A DNA stretch of 57,513 nucleotides, taken from assembly GCA_964508305.1 (NCBI GenBank), contig CAZDSX010000006.1:14151-71663 (forward strand), given 5' to 3'. The position numbers and the translations under genes were made by a program. The notes beneath the pieces are model-generated. The model was not told where the DNA came from and searched no databases. It worked only from the letters and a program-made list of their open reading frames with translations. Positions 33,736-41,826 of the stretch are shown piece by piece (positions within the stretch are counted from its first letter, which is position 1; every line of letters begins with the position of its first letter). The DNA comes from an uncultured Bacteriovorax sp. Its GTDB lineage: Bacteria > Bdellovibrionota > UBA1018.

Positions 33736-35337
33736 TCACTCTTCCTTCTTTTTGGGTTCAATTCCTTCGGCTGGTGCCGCGGAGGGCGAGGGCGCCGGAA
33801 CGGCCGCCGCCGGCGACGTCGCAGTCTTTTCCTCGGATTTCCCTGCAATCAGGGCAACTGCCGCCGGACGAACCCAGTCCAGAAACGGCTTGGGATAGAA
33901 ACCGATCAAGACAAGCAGCACCAGCAGCGGAACCAGAAACCCGCGTTCCCGCGCGGTGAGCTCGGCTTCGGTCGAAGACTTTCGCTCGGATCCTCGCTCG
34001 GGCCCGAGGAAGATCTGCTTGAATACCCCAAACAGGCTGTAGGTCACGAGCATGAATCCTGCACCCACCCCGAAGAGCGAAACGGGGTGGGTGGTGAAGC
34101 TGCCCATCACGATCAGGCTTTGCCCGACGAATCCACCCAGTCCGGGGAGGCCAAGGAAGCCGCCCAGTGCAAGCGCCATCACCGCGGCAGCGGCGGGGGC
34201 GCGCTCCACGAGCCCGCCGGCAGCACCCACTTCGTGGAGCCCCGTTCGATCCGCCAGTGCCCCGAACAGCAGGCCCATTGAGGTGACTGCAAGGCCGATG
34301 GCAAGCTGGTGGTAGATCACTCCAACGAGGGCACTGGGATCCTGGCTTCCCAATCCGATCAGAGAAAGGCCGAGATGCACGAGGACCAGCCGCGAGAGAA
34401 GCCCCGAGAGCCTGGTCTGCGAGAGGATGGTTACCGAGCCGACGAAAAGGTTCACCACTCCCGCAAGCACGACCCAGCTCGAGACCGAGTCAAGGACATC
34501 CTGGAAAAGCAGGTGGGAGACTCGGGCAAACATCATCACCGCCGAGGGCACGACCACTCCGGCCACTGCGACAAATACGGATGCAGGCGCCTCGTTTGCA
34601 AATTCCGCAAACCAGCCGTGGAAAGGCCAAACCGGGGCGCGTAGCGCCAGTCCCAGGCATACGAACAGGAAGGCGAGGTGCGATACGGACACCGAGATTC
34701 CCGCAAGGACGATTTCCTTTGCGGGAACTCCGCCCGAAGACACAAGGTCCCGGATCAGGAAGCTGTGTGGATCCTTCGCATAATAGATGAGGATGAAGGC
34801 CGCAAATAGAAGGCTGTTTCCGATGCTGGAGGTCACCAGCGAGCGAAACGCAGCCTGCTCCTTCTTTTCTCCGCCCCAAATGCCCACAAGAAAAAACACG
34901 GGTACCGCGGTTAGACCCCAGAAAAAGAAGAGCAGGAAAAGGTCTTGTGCCGTCGCCGCGCCCAGGAGGGCGGCCTGAAGGATCAGGAGGAGCGAATAAA
35001 GTCCTCGTGCGCCCCGGGCGCGATCCCACTCGGAGGCAATCAGCACCGGAAAAACAGTGCTGATCAGCATCAGCATCAGGACATTGGTTCCATCGACCGA
35101 AAGCTCGTAATTGATCGCGTAGGACCCGATCCACGGAAGCCTATCCACGAGATGCGGGCCCGCCGTGCCCACATCACCCGCGCCGATCAGGGTCAGCACG
35201 ACGCCACCCAACAGGGCCGATGCGATGCTCGCTCCAAGCGCAAGCCATCGCGCCGAGGCGCCCGGGCTGGCTGCGGCCTGGAAGATGGCGCCCAGCAGGG
35301 GAAGCAGAATCATGCCCGTCAGGAGATGGCTGTTCAC
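33736..35337 (-). CDS. divergent NuoM-like subunit (key charged residues substituted)
   Basis: LPWIGSYAINYELSVDG, FLVGIWGG, LRAPVWPFHGW and LPGLGGFVGQ align with NuoM. Confidence 0.88.
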   Translation of the reverse strand: MNSHLLTGMILLPLLGAIFQAAASPGASARWLALGASIASALLGGVVLTLIGAGDVGTAGPHLVDRLPWIGSYAINYELSVDGTNVLMLMLISTVFPVLIASEWDRARGARGLYSLLLILQAALLGAATAQDLFLLFFFWGLTAVPVFFLVGIWGGEKKEQAAFRSLVTSSIGNSLLFAAFILIYYAKDPHSFLIRDLVSSGGVPAKEIVLAGISVSVSHLAFLFVCLGLALRAPVWPFHGWFAEFANEAPASVFVAVAGVVVPSAVMMFARVSHLLFQDVLDSVSSWVVLAGVVNLFVGSVTILSQTRLSGLLSRLVLVHLGLSLIGLGSQDPSALVGVIYHQLAIGLAVTSMGLLFGALADRTGLHEVGAAGGLVERAPAAAAVMALALGGFLGLPGLGGFVGQSLIVMGSFTTHPVSLFGVGAGFMLVTYSLFGVFKQIFLGPERGSERKSSTEAELTARERGFLVPLLVLLVLIGFYPKPFLDWVRPAAVALIAGKSEEKTATSPAAAVPAPSPSAAPAEGIEPKKKEE

Positions 35338-35346
35338 AGGGTTCCT

Positions 35347-37239
35347 CTAGCGATTGATGTGATTCCAAAAATGTAGCAACAGCGCGAGCGTGAAGCCAAT
35401 TGTAAACAACAGATAGCCCTGCACGGAGCCGCTCACCAGCAGCTGCAATCCCTTGGCTGGAATTTCCACTGCCGCGCGCGTGGCTGCGTCCATCCTTGCG
35501 CGCGTCCATTGATCAAATCGTGAGAATCCCGCAATCAGCGCTGCTCCGATCGCGCTCGCCCTGGCAAGCACGCCAAGCACGGCGCGGGCACGAATCAAGC
35601 GATCGCCGAATGCGGGAGCCGAGCGAAGCGCCCCTACTGCCCAGTCCACGAGGCGGGTCACGCCAAAACCCGTGGCTGCAAACTTCCAGCTGAGCGCGCC
35701 GGATCGGAGCACCTTCTCCGGAACCTGGAATAGAAGCAGGAGCGCGAGTGCCACCATCCAGGCCCAGGAAATCAGCTGACCGGTCTGGCCTTGAGCCTGG
35801 CCGCTTGAGCCAAACAGCTCCGCGCCAAGCGAGGGCCCCACTCCCAGGTCACGCGAGGCGGTGAACACCCCGAGCCACTCTCCGGTCCAGAATATCGCAG
35901 AAGAAAACAGCAGGATCACCGTCGGCGCGGTCAGGCGCCACCCCGTGCTCCAGGTCTCTTCCCCGCGGAGCTGATTGCGTGCAGCCGGAGAGAGCGTGCA
36001 GAGCGCCGCAACGGAGACCATGACCCATCCAAGAACAAAGCAGGCCCCGTCCAGTGCGCGATCAATGCTCGTCAGGCAGGAAACAAGGACCGCCGCTCCC
36101 GCGAAACACAGCCCACCCGACCAGGAGAGGGCGATGAATGCCTTGACCAGCTTCTCAGGAAGCTCAGCCTCCTTTGCTCCCGTGTCGGCGGGACCGCGAA
36201 GGACCAGGGCCGTTGCCCACGCCAGTGAACCAAAGACAAATGCCGCAGTTCCTCCGGCCTGCCTGCCGGCAAGCAGCATGACCGCCGCCGAAAGCATGGT
36301 TGCCGCACCAGAAAGGGCAACAAGTCCGCCGCCGGAGAGGGCCGAAGAGATGGCGGACCATGCCGTGAGCGCGGCAAGGAGCAGTGCCGGGGCCACGAGC
36401 CAGGGCACCAGCCCGCTCGAAACCAGATCAGGCGTCAGCCGGTAGATCATCGCGAGTCCCGACCACGCCGATGCGCACGAGACGAGGAGGGCGCTGGTCA
36501 GTGGCCCCTTGAATCTGGCCGGGGCCTGAACCACCCACCCCATGGTCGGAAAGGCGCCGGCCTGCAAGAGCGCGCCGAAAAAAAGCATCGCCAGACCAAC
36601 GGGCTGTTCTGCGGCGGAAAAACCGTTTGTTTCCGTCCAAGAGGTCGTGCCCCCGCCCGCAAGGATGGCCGCCAGGCCGAGGGCGGACATGAGGATTCCC
36701 AGCGCTCGCTCCCGCGAAAAAGAGGTGGCCATGTCCGCGCCGTCTTGTCCGCTCCTGCCGGAGTGGACCAGCACGATCCAGCCGGAGAGACCCGAGACGA
36801 GCTGTCCCAGCAGAATCACCCAGAGACTGGTGGCCCACCAGGAGAGCGTCACACCACACAGCGCAAGCGTGGCCGCGCCCTGGGCGAAGCCGATGCGGCC
36901 CTTGGGGCTGGAAACAATGGGCTCAAACAGGAACACATATCCAAGGATCAGCGCCATGATGCCGCCGGCGGCAACGCCTGCCCGAGTCGCGATCACGCCC
37001 GCTTCGACGCTGGCTCCGGGGGATGGCAGAGTGAAGTAAGATAGAGACCAGGAGGCCGCATCCCCAGAGCCGATGCTCGCGGCACCGATTCCCAGAAAAA
37101 GCAGAACCAGAAGCCAAGTCACCAGGGGGGCGACGGAGCGAAGGATTGACCAGCGAGGCGAGCCCCTCAGCGAAGAGACGCCGGCAAGCGCCCCCATCAC
37201 GAGGGCCAGGGCAAAAACCCAGGGAAAGGCATTAATCAT
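35347..37239 (-). CDS. highly divergent NuoL-like subunit
   Basis: Many TM helices, NuoL-like length and operon position; LLQAGAFPTMGWV and PLTSALL align with GKSAQVPLYVWL and PTPVSALI; C-terminal SGSVQGYLL resembles NGSIQVYA. Confidence 0.7.
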   Translation of the reverse strand: MINAFPWVFALALVMGALAGVSSLRGSPRWSILRSVAPLVTWLLVLLFLGIGAASIGSGDAASWSLSYFTLPSPGASVEAGVIATRAGVAAGGIMALILGYVFLFEPIVSSPKGRIGFAQGAATLALCGVTLSWWATSLWVILLGQLVSGLSGWIVLVHSGRSGQDGADMATSFSRERALGILMSALGLAAILAGGGTTSWTETNGFSAAEQPVGLAMLFFGALLQAGAFPTMGWVVQAPARFKGPLTSALLVSCASAWSGLAMIYRLTPDLVSSGLVPWLVAPALLLAALTAWSAISSALSGGGLVALSGAATMLSAAVMLLAGRQAGGTAAFVFGSLAWATALVLRGPADTGAKEAELPEKLVKAFIALSWSGGLCFAGAAVLVSCLTSIDRALDGACFVLGWVMVSVAALCTLSPAARNQLRGEETWSTGWRLTAPTVILLFSSAIFWTGEWLGVFTASRDLGVGPSLGAELFGSSGQAQGQTGQLISWAWMVALALLLLFQVPEKVLRSGALSWKFAATGFGVTRLVDWAVGALRSAPAFGDRLIRARAVLGVLARASAIGAALIAGFSRFDQWTRARMDAATRAAVEIPAKGLQLLVSGSVQGYLLFTIGFTLALLLHFWNHINR

Positions 37240-37273
37240 GGGCTGCCCCCTCTCGGGCCATCCAGGCGCGCAT

Positions 37274-37570
37274 CTAGTGCCTCATCCTTCCTAGCTCGGA
37301 CATCTCGGGGCGCGATCTCAGGAGATGGAGCCTGACTGCGAAGCCCAGTCCTACCAATGCCTGGATGTGGGCAAAAACCATCACGAGAAGTGCCATGGAG
37401 CGCGCGCGATCCAGAAACCCAGGCGCCGCTCCCGGGTCCGCCATCAAGACCAGGGCGAGAACAAGGCCCGAGAAGAAGAGCTGTACCCCAACCAGCACGC
37501 CGAGCAGGCTGCGCTGGGTGAGTACCGCAAAAGTCGAAAGCGAAAACAGGGCGGCGAGCGCAATGGTCAT
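37274..37570 (-). CDS. divergent NuoK-like subunit (both Glu replaced by Gln)
   Basis: 98 aa, 3 TM; GVQLFFSGLVL vs SIELMLNAVNL, AHIQALVGLG vs AAAESAVGLG. Confidence 0.8.
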   Translation of the reverse strand: MTIALAALFSLSTFAVLTQRSLLGVLVGVQLFFSGLVLALVLMADPGAAPGFLDRARSMALLVMVFAHIQALVGLGFAVRLHLLRSRPEMSELGRMRH

Positions 37571-38097
37571 GGACCACCCCCGATGTCGGGATTTCTCTCG
37601 ACCCCGCCCGCACGTGTGATCACTCCCGTGGCAATCGCAGCCGCAAGCGCCACTCCCGCAAGAAGCTCGACCAAGACGAATCTCTCGTCAAAGTCCGTCG
37701 AACCGCGAATGGGCGAGGCTCCGGTGCCTTCGGCCACCGTGGTGCCCGCGGTGGCAAGCTCAAGCAACCACCACACCACCACTCCAACGCCGATGCTTGC
37801 CAGTGCGTGGAATGAGCGGGCAAGAGGGCTGCGGGAGGGCCCATTCACCGCAACCGATACACCCACTCCAAGGAGGTCTGAGTGGAAAAAATACACTGCC
37901 GCCACAAGTGTCGAAGCGATCCAAAGCAGAACAGCCAGTGTCTCTGCGCCCGCGGAGAGCAGGATCGATCCTCCGGCCAACTGGCCGAGCCAAAGTGAGA
38001 TGACCGCCCGCCTGGGCTCCCCCGCCGTGCACACTGCTGCGGCCGAACCAAGGACGACGGCCGATGCAAACCAGACCCCGGGCGAATCAACGATCAT
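37567..38097 (-). CDS. highly divergent NuoJ-like subunit
   Basis: 176 aa, about 5 TM, lies between the I-like and K-like genes with ATGA overlaps; FVLVELLAGVALAAAIA resembles PFELTSVLLLAGIVGA. Confidence 0.65.
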   Translation of the reverse strand: MIVDSPGVWFASAVVLGSAAAVCTAGEPRRAVISLWLGQLAGGSILLSAGAETLAVLLWIASTLVAAVYFFHSDLLGVGVSVAVNGPSRSPLARSFHALASIGVGVVVWWLLELATAGTTVAEGTGASPIRGSTDFDERFVLVELLAGVALAAAIATGVITRAGGVERNPDIGGGP

Positions 38098-38636
38098 TCA
38101 ACACCGCCCGCTTCTGACTGAAGCTCTCGCTGTCGGCGCCAGCGCTCGCGCATTTCCCTCGAAATGGGTCCTCGCCCATAGGCAGCCCGCAGATCGGAGG
38201 CCTGCTCTGCGGCGCCCTCATAGCGCCGGGAGTGGGTGAGCGAGGTAGGCTCACAGGCCTCAACGCACAGGCCGCAAAACAGGCACTTCGAGTAATCGAT
38301 GTTGAACGTGCTGACCCAGAGCTTTCCGGGCTTTGGACCTTCCTCGGTATGGATCTCAAAACAGCCCGTAGGACACACTTCCGAACAGGCATAGCAACCG
38401 GTGCAGCGCTGGATGTCGTTCTTCAGGAGACCCCGACTCCGGGTGGGCAGCTCGTCCGGCGTTCGCGAAGAGACCGGATCGGGATAGAGCTCGGTGACCT
38501 CCTTTTTGGCGTCAGAGCTCGAAAGAAGATAGGAGAGCCCCGTGCTGAGGCCGCGCCAGAGGGTCAGGAGCGACCTGAACAGCGATGCAAAATAGCCGCG
38601 AAAGCTGCCAAAAAACGTGCTCTCCGTCGTCCTCAT
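38094..38636 (-). CDS. NuoI-like 2x[4Fe-4S] subunit
   Basis: VTELYPD...RSRG, CTGCYACSEVCP and CLFCGLCVEACEP; start at ATG 38636 overlapping the H-like stop. Confidence 0.9.
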   Translation of the reverse strand: MRTTESTFFGSFRGYFASLFRSLLTLWRGLSTGLSYLLSSSDAKKEVTELYPDPVSSRTPDELPTRSRGLLKNDIQRCTGCYACSEVCPTGCFEIHTEEGPKPGKLWVSTFNIDYSKCLFCGLCVEACEPTSLTHSRRYEGAAEQASDLRAAYGRGPISREMRERWRRQRELQSEAGGVE

Positions 38637-39646
38637 GCAGGCCCCCCGGAAAATAGGCTGGCCCCCACCAGTGCGATCAGGGCGAGCGGCGCCAACACCC
38701 TCCACGCAAAGTCATGTGCCTGATCGGAGCGGACTGAAGGAAGCGTCCTTGAAAGGAGTGAAACCAAAAGCAGAAGTACCAGTGTCTTGATGGCGACCAC
38801 TCCCGCTCCCAGCATCATTGCCACGGGGAGGTCCTGGCTTGCCCCCGAGACCAGCAGCTGCGGAAGGGCTGCACCCCCGAAATAAACTTTTACTCCAAGA
38901 AGAAACCAACAGAAAACGGCCACCCGCTGGCTCCAGCGAACCCAGATCAGGCGAATTCCCGCCTCTCCGGGAAATCCCGCCACCACCCACGCCAGCGGCT
39001 CGGAGTCGCGCTGGAACGGACGCGCCGAGAACATCAGCAGTCCGGCGGCGAAGAAAACCGCCGCAGAAATGGCCGTAAATGGGCTCGAAAACACGAGCCA
39101 CCGCCAGGGCGCCCAACCCTGGGCCTGGTCAAACCGCTCCCACGCGAGACCTCCAGCAGCAAGGCCCGCATGCAGGAACGCAATCAGCGCCGCCGGAAAC
39201 CCAGCAACAGCAAGCGCCACCTGGCGGATCGACCCGAACCGGGATTCAACCGCCCCGTCTCTCCAGCTTAGCAGGAGACCCAGCCACGCAAAGGCGAGCG
39301 CGAAGAACAGGGATAGCAGGGCTGCCATGGGCGCATCGAGAAGCGGCGCTCCCGGAACCACAGGAGTAATCGACAAGAGAGCAAACAAGGGAACACCCTG
39401 CAGCCACCAGAGGGCGGGCCCGCGATCCGCCTTCGATCCGGGCCGGATCTTCTGGAGCAGTCGGAGGAACTCGGCAAGGGGCTGCAGCCAGCCGCCCTGC
39501 CCCGCGCGGCTCGGACCCACGCGGGCCTGCATGTCGGCACCCACCTTGGCGTCCATCCAGGACCAGAGATAAACCCCGGGCAGGACGAACACCAAGAGGA
39601 TCAGGAGGCTCTCGGTGGCAGCAGTGACCCAGAAGGATTCCATCAC
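38633..39646 (-). CDS. divergent NuoH-like subunit
   Basis: KVGADMQARVGPSRAG..GWLQPLAE, RPFQ, YFGG, LPSVRSDQ; many acidic residues lost. Confidence 0.85.
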   Translation of the reverse strand: MMESFWVTAATESLLILLVFVLPGVYLWSWMDAKVGADMQARVGPSRAGQGGWLQPLAEFLRLLQKIRPGSKADRGPALWWLQGVPLFALLSITPVVPGAPLLDAPMAALLSLFFALAFAWLGLLLSWRDGAVESRFGSIRQVALAVAGFPAALIAFLHAGLAAGGLAWERFDQAQGWAPWRWLVFSSPFTAISAAVFFAAGLLMFSARPFQRDSEPLAWVVAGFPGEAGIRLIWVRWSQRVAVFCWFLLGVKVYFGGAALPQLLVSGASQDLPVAMMLGAGVVAIKTLVLLLLVSLLSRTLPSVRSDQAHDFAWRVLAPLALIALVGASLFSGGPA

Positions 39647-40794
39647 TTGTCCACCTCGGTGATCTGAAGGTCGAGGCTGTGAAGCAGGAGCGAGAGGTCT
39701 TGAATCGGCGCATCCGCCAGGTACTCGGGGAGGGCCCGGTGGAGCGCCATTGAAGGAGTGAAGAACTCCACCTCCGTGGGGCCAGGCTTTTCTCCGTCCG
39801 AAGCAAGAGCAACCGAGAGGCGGCCGCGTGGCGACTCCACTGCTGCTGTTGCGCGTCCCGCTGGAAGCGGCGCGGACTCCTGCTGCTTCTGTCGATAGGG
39901 TCCCGCTGGAAGGCGCTGACTCAGCTCCATCAGCAGCTGGGCGCTTTGCACGATTTCGTGGAGACGATAAACAAACCGATGATGCGCGTCTCCTGCGCTC
40001 ACGACGGCGTCGACCGTGCCGATTTCGGTGAGCCTTGCACCAAAGTGCGGTCGCCCCTCATCCATGACCCTCAGGTCGGCCGAGGGAGAGAAAACTTTTG
40101 CTGGAATGCCGGTGATCTTGTGCCTGTCGACCATTGACCTGCCGATCACGCCCCGTCCCCCAACTCGCCTGACAAAGGCCTCGTTGTAGGTCAACAGGTC
40201 GTTGTATTCCTTCACCCGCTGGAGGACCTGCTGGCTGGTCTCCTGCACGCGCTCCAGAAATCCATCCGTCACATCCTCGCGGACCCCGCCCGGCAACAGA
40301 AATGCGAGCGCATGCCTCGCCCCACTCAAGAGCTCCAGAAGGTCGAGAATCCGTTCACGCTCGCGCAACAGGAGGTGGAACGCCGCCTCAGAGCCTGCTG
40401 CGCGTGAGACCTTGGCAAGATGAAGGAGGTGCGAGGAGATCCGGGAAAGCTCTCCAAGAATGACCCGGATTCCGCGGCCACGCGCCGGCGTCTCAATTCC
40501 CCCAAGCTCCTCGGCGGCGAGGCAAAAGCACCACTCATAAAACAGGGCCGCCTCTGGGTCGATGCGATCCAGGAAGGGCATCGCTCCACGCCAAGTCTGG
40601 CGCGTGAGGATGGCCTCAACCGAGCGGCGAGTGAAGCCCGTCTCAATCTCCGCCTGGCGCACCAGTTCGCCGTCGAGCTGGAGGTGGATACGGTAGGCTC
40701 CGGATAAGTCAGAGTGGAATGGCCCGATGGACCAGGCGATGGGCCTGGACCGAACGATCTCTCCGCCGCTTGGGAATGGCGCTCCACCGCTCAT
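39643..40794 (-). CDS. divergent NuoD-like subunit (no NuoC fusion, no NiFe Cys, quinone-site His/Tyr substituted)
   Basis: GPFHSDLSGAYR, DRIDPE, ELSRISSHL, ESPRGRL, HSLDLQITEVDK; start at ATG 40794 overlapping the B-like stop. Confidence 0.88.
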   Translation of the reverse strand: MSGGAPFPSGGEIVRSRPIAWSIGPFHSDLSGAYRIHLQLDGELVRQAEIETGFTRRSVEAILTRQTWRGAMPFLDRIDPEAALFYEWCFCLAAEELGGIETPARGRGIRVILGELSRISSHLLHLAKVSRAAGSEAAFHLLLRERERILDLLELLSGARHALAFLLPGGVREDVTDGFLERVQETSQQVLQRVKEYNDLLTYNEAFVRRVGGRGVIGRSMVDRHKITGIPAKVFSPSADLRVMDEGRPHFGARLTEIGTVDAVVSAGDAHHRFVYRLHEIVQSAQLLMELSQRLPAGPYRQKQQESAPLPAGRATAAVESPRGRLSVALASDGEKPGPTEVEFFTPSMALHRALPEYLADAPIQDLSLLLHSLDLQITEVDK

Positions 40795-41318
40795 CGAAGA
40801 TCCCACTCGTCCGTTTCCATCGTTGCTGCACGATCGGGATGCCGGGGCAGCTTGCGCGCGACGATTTTTCGGCCCCGGATCTTTTCCTGGAGCCGGATCA
40901 GGCCATCCATGATCGCCTCTGGCCTGGGGGGGCAGCCGGGGACGAAGACATCCACGGGGATCACGCCCGAAAGGCCCGCGACCGTCTCGCCGGCCGTTGC
41001 GTCAGGCCCAAAGGCCCCGCCAGAGCAGGCGCAGGACCCGACTGCAATCACATATCGCGGCGTTGGCATCTGCTCGTAGACCCGGCGCACTTCGGCGGCC
41101 GCCTTCTGGGTCAGCGCTCCTGAGACGATCAGGAGGTCTGAGAATATCGGATCTTTTTCAGGCAGTGCGCCGAACCGCTCAAGGTCGTACCTGCACCCCG
41201 TGACCTGGAGCAGTTCGTCGGCACAGCATCCGGTATTCACGGCAAAATATCGCAGGGCCGAGGCCTGTGCCCATCCAAGCACCTCGGCAAGCGTCGACGA
41301 AATGTAGCCGCCGCTCAT
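40791..41318 (-). CDS. NuoB-like subunit with intact N2 ligands
   Basis: GCCADE, YDLERFG, GSCACSGG, VPGCPPRPEA. Confidence 0.92.
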   Translation of the reverse strand: MSGGYISSTLAEVLGWAQASALRYFAVNTGCCADELLQVTGCRYDLERFGALPEKDPIFSDLLIVSGALTQKAAAEVRRVYEQMPTPRYVIAVGSCACSGGAFGPDATAGETVAGLSGVIPVDVFVPGCPPRPEAIMDGLIRLQEKIRGRKIVARKLPRHPDRAATMETDEWDLR

Positions 41319-41743
41319 GGCCCACCCCCGGCGCCGCCCTCGGGATGTGTCTCATCAGCCTCCCGATACACGCGATCATGCCAGCGGAGATCTCCCTTGC
41401 GGTTGGCATAGACCAGGGCGGTGGCCCCGACGAGCGTAACCGAGAGGACAAGAAGGGTGGTGGCCGGGCTTCCGCCCAGCGCAGCAAACGGCACCAGCAG
41501 TACGAACGGAAGAGCGAGCAGGCCTGCCAGCTGCACGGCGGTGAAATATCGGGTGTTGATGGATTGAAGAACGGGGATGTCGCGCTCGCTCGGCGGGGCC
41601 TCTGCCGCCGCGCCATCTCCCCTGGGGCCAAGACCCGCCAGTCGCGTCAGAAAATGCAGCAGCACCGGTACCGCAAGGGCCACGGCTACGGTGACAAAAA
41701 CAACGCGATAGGCATCCCAGCCATGGGACGCAACCTGATCCAT
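41315..41743 (-). CDS. divergent NuoA-like subunit
   Basis: 3 TM, first gene of the cluster; SINTRYFTAV..LLALPFVLLVPFA and NRKGDLRW align with RFYLVAILFLLFDVE..YPWA and KGALEW. Confidence 0.75.
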   Translation of the reverse strand: MDQVASHGWDAYRVVFVTVAVALAVPVLLHFLTRLAGLGPRGDGAAAEAPPSERDIPVLQSINTRYFTAVQLAGLLALPFVLLVPFAALGGSPATTLLVLSVTLVGATALVYANRKGDLRWHDRVYREADETHPEGGAGGGP

Positions 41744-41772
41744 AAGGAGTTCCGTTTCCTTGGTTTGCGGAA

Positions 41773-41801
41773 ACGCTAATGAAGTTGAAAGGCGGTGTCA
41801 A
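41773..41801 (-). promoter_or_regulatory. sigma70-type promoter for the nuo-like operon
   Basis: TTGACA (41801-41796)-N17-TAGCGT (41778-41773). Confidence 0.65.
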
Positions 41802-41813
41802 GGTCTGTAAATT
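41785..41813 (+). promoter_or_regulatory. sigma70-type promoter for the mfd operon
   Basis: TTGAAA (41785-41790)-N17-TAAATT (41808-41813), 12 nt before the mfd ATG. Confidence 0.6.
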
Positions 41814-41826
41814 CCTCAGGAATTTA
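41808..41826. promoter_or_regulatory. palindrome over the mfd -10/start, candidate operator or hairpin
   Basis: TAAATTCC-tca-GGAATTTA. Confidence 0.45.

Noticed and set aside
32244-38097. Membrane genes as an Mrp Na+/H+ antiporter operon
   Set aside because: They are coupled to A/B/D/H/I homologues in nuo order, and the Glu/Lys residues that Mrp also needs are missing.
39643-41318. Second cluster as a group 4 [NiFe] hydrogenase (Ech/Hyc/Hyf/Mbh)
   Set aside because: The large subunit lacks both CxxC Ni-binding motifs (DRIDPE and SLDLQITEVDK instead), and B has the complex I tandem CC. Gene order is nuo-like and there are no maturation genes.
32244-41743. Simple pseudogenised duplicate
   Set aside because: No nonsense or frameshift lesions in ten genes, preserved start/stop overlaps and promoter, and selective Cys retention. 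Not formally excluded without dN/dS.
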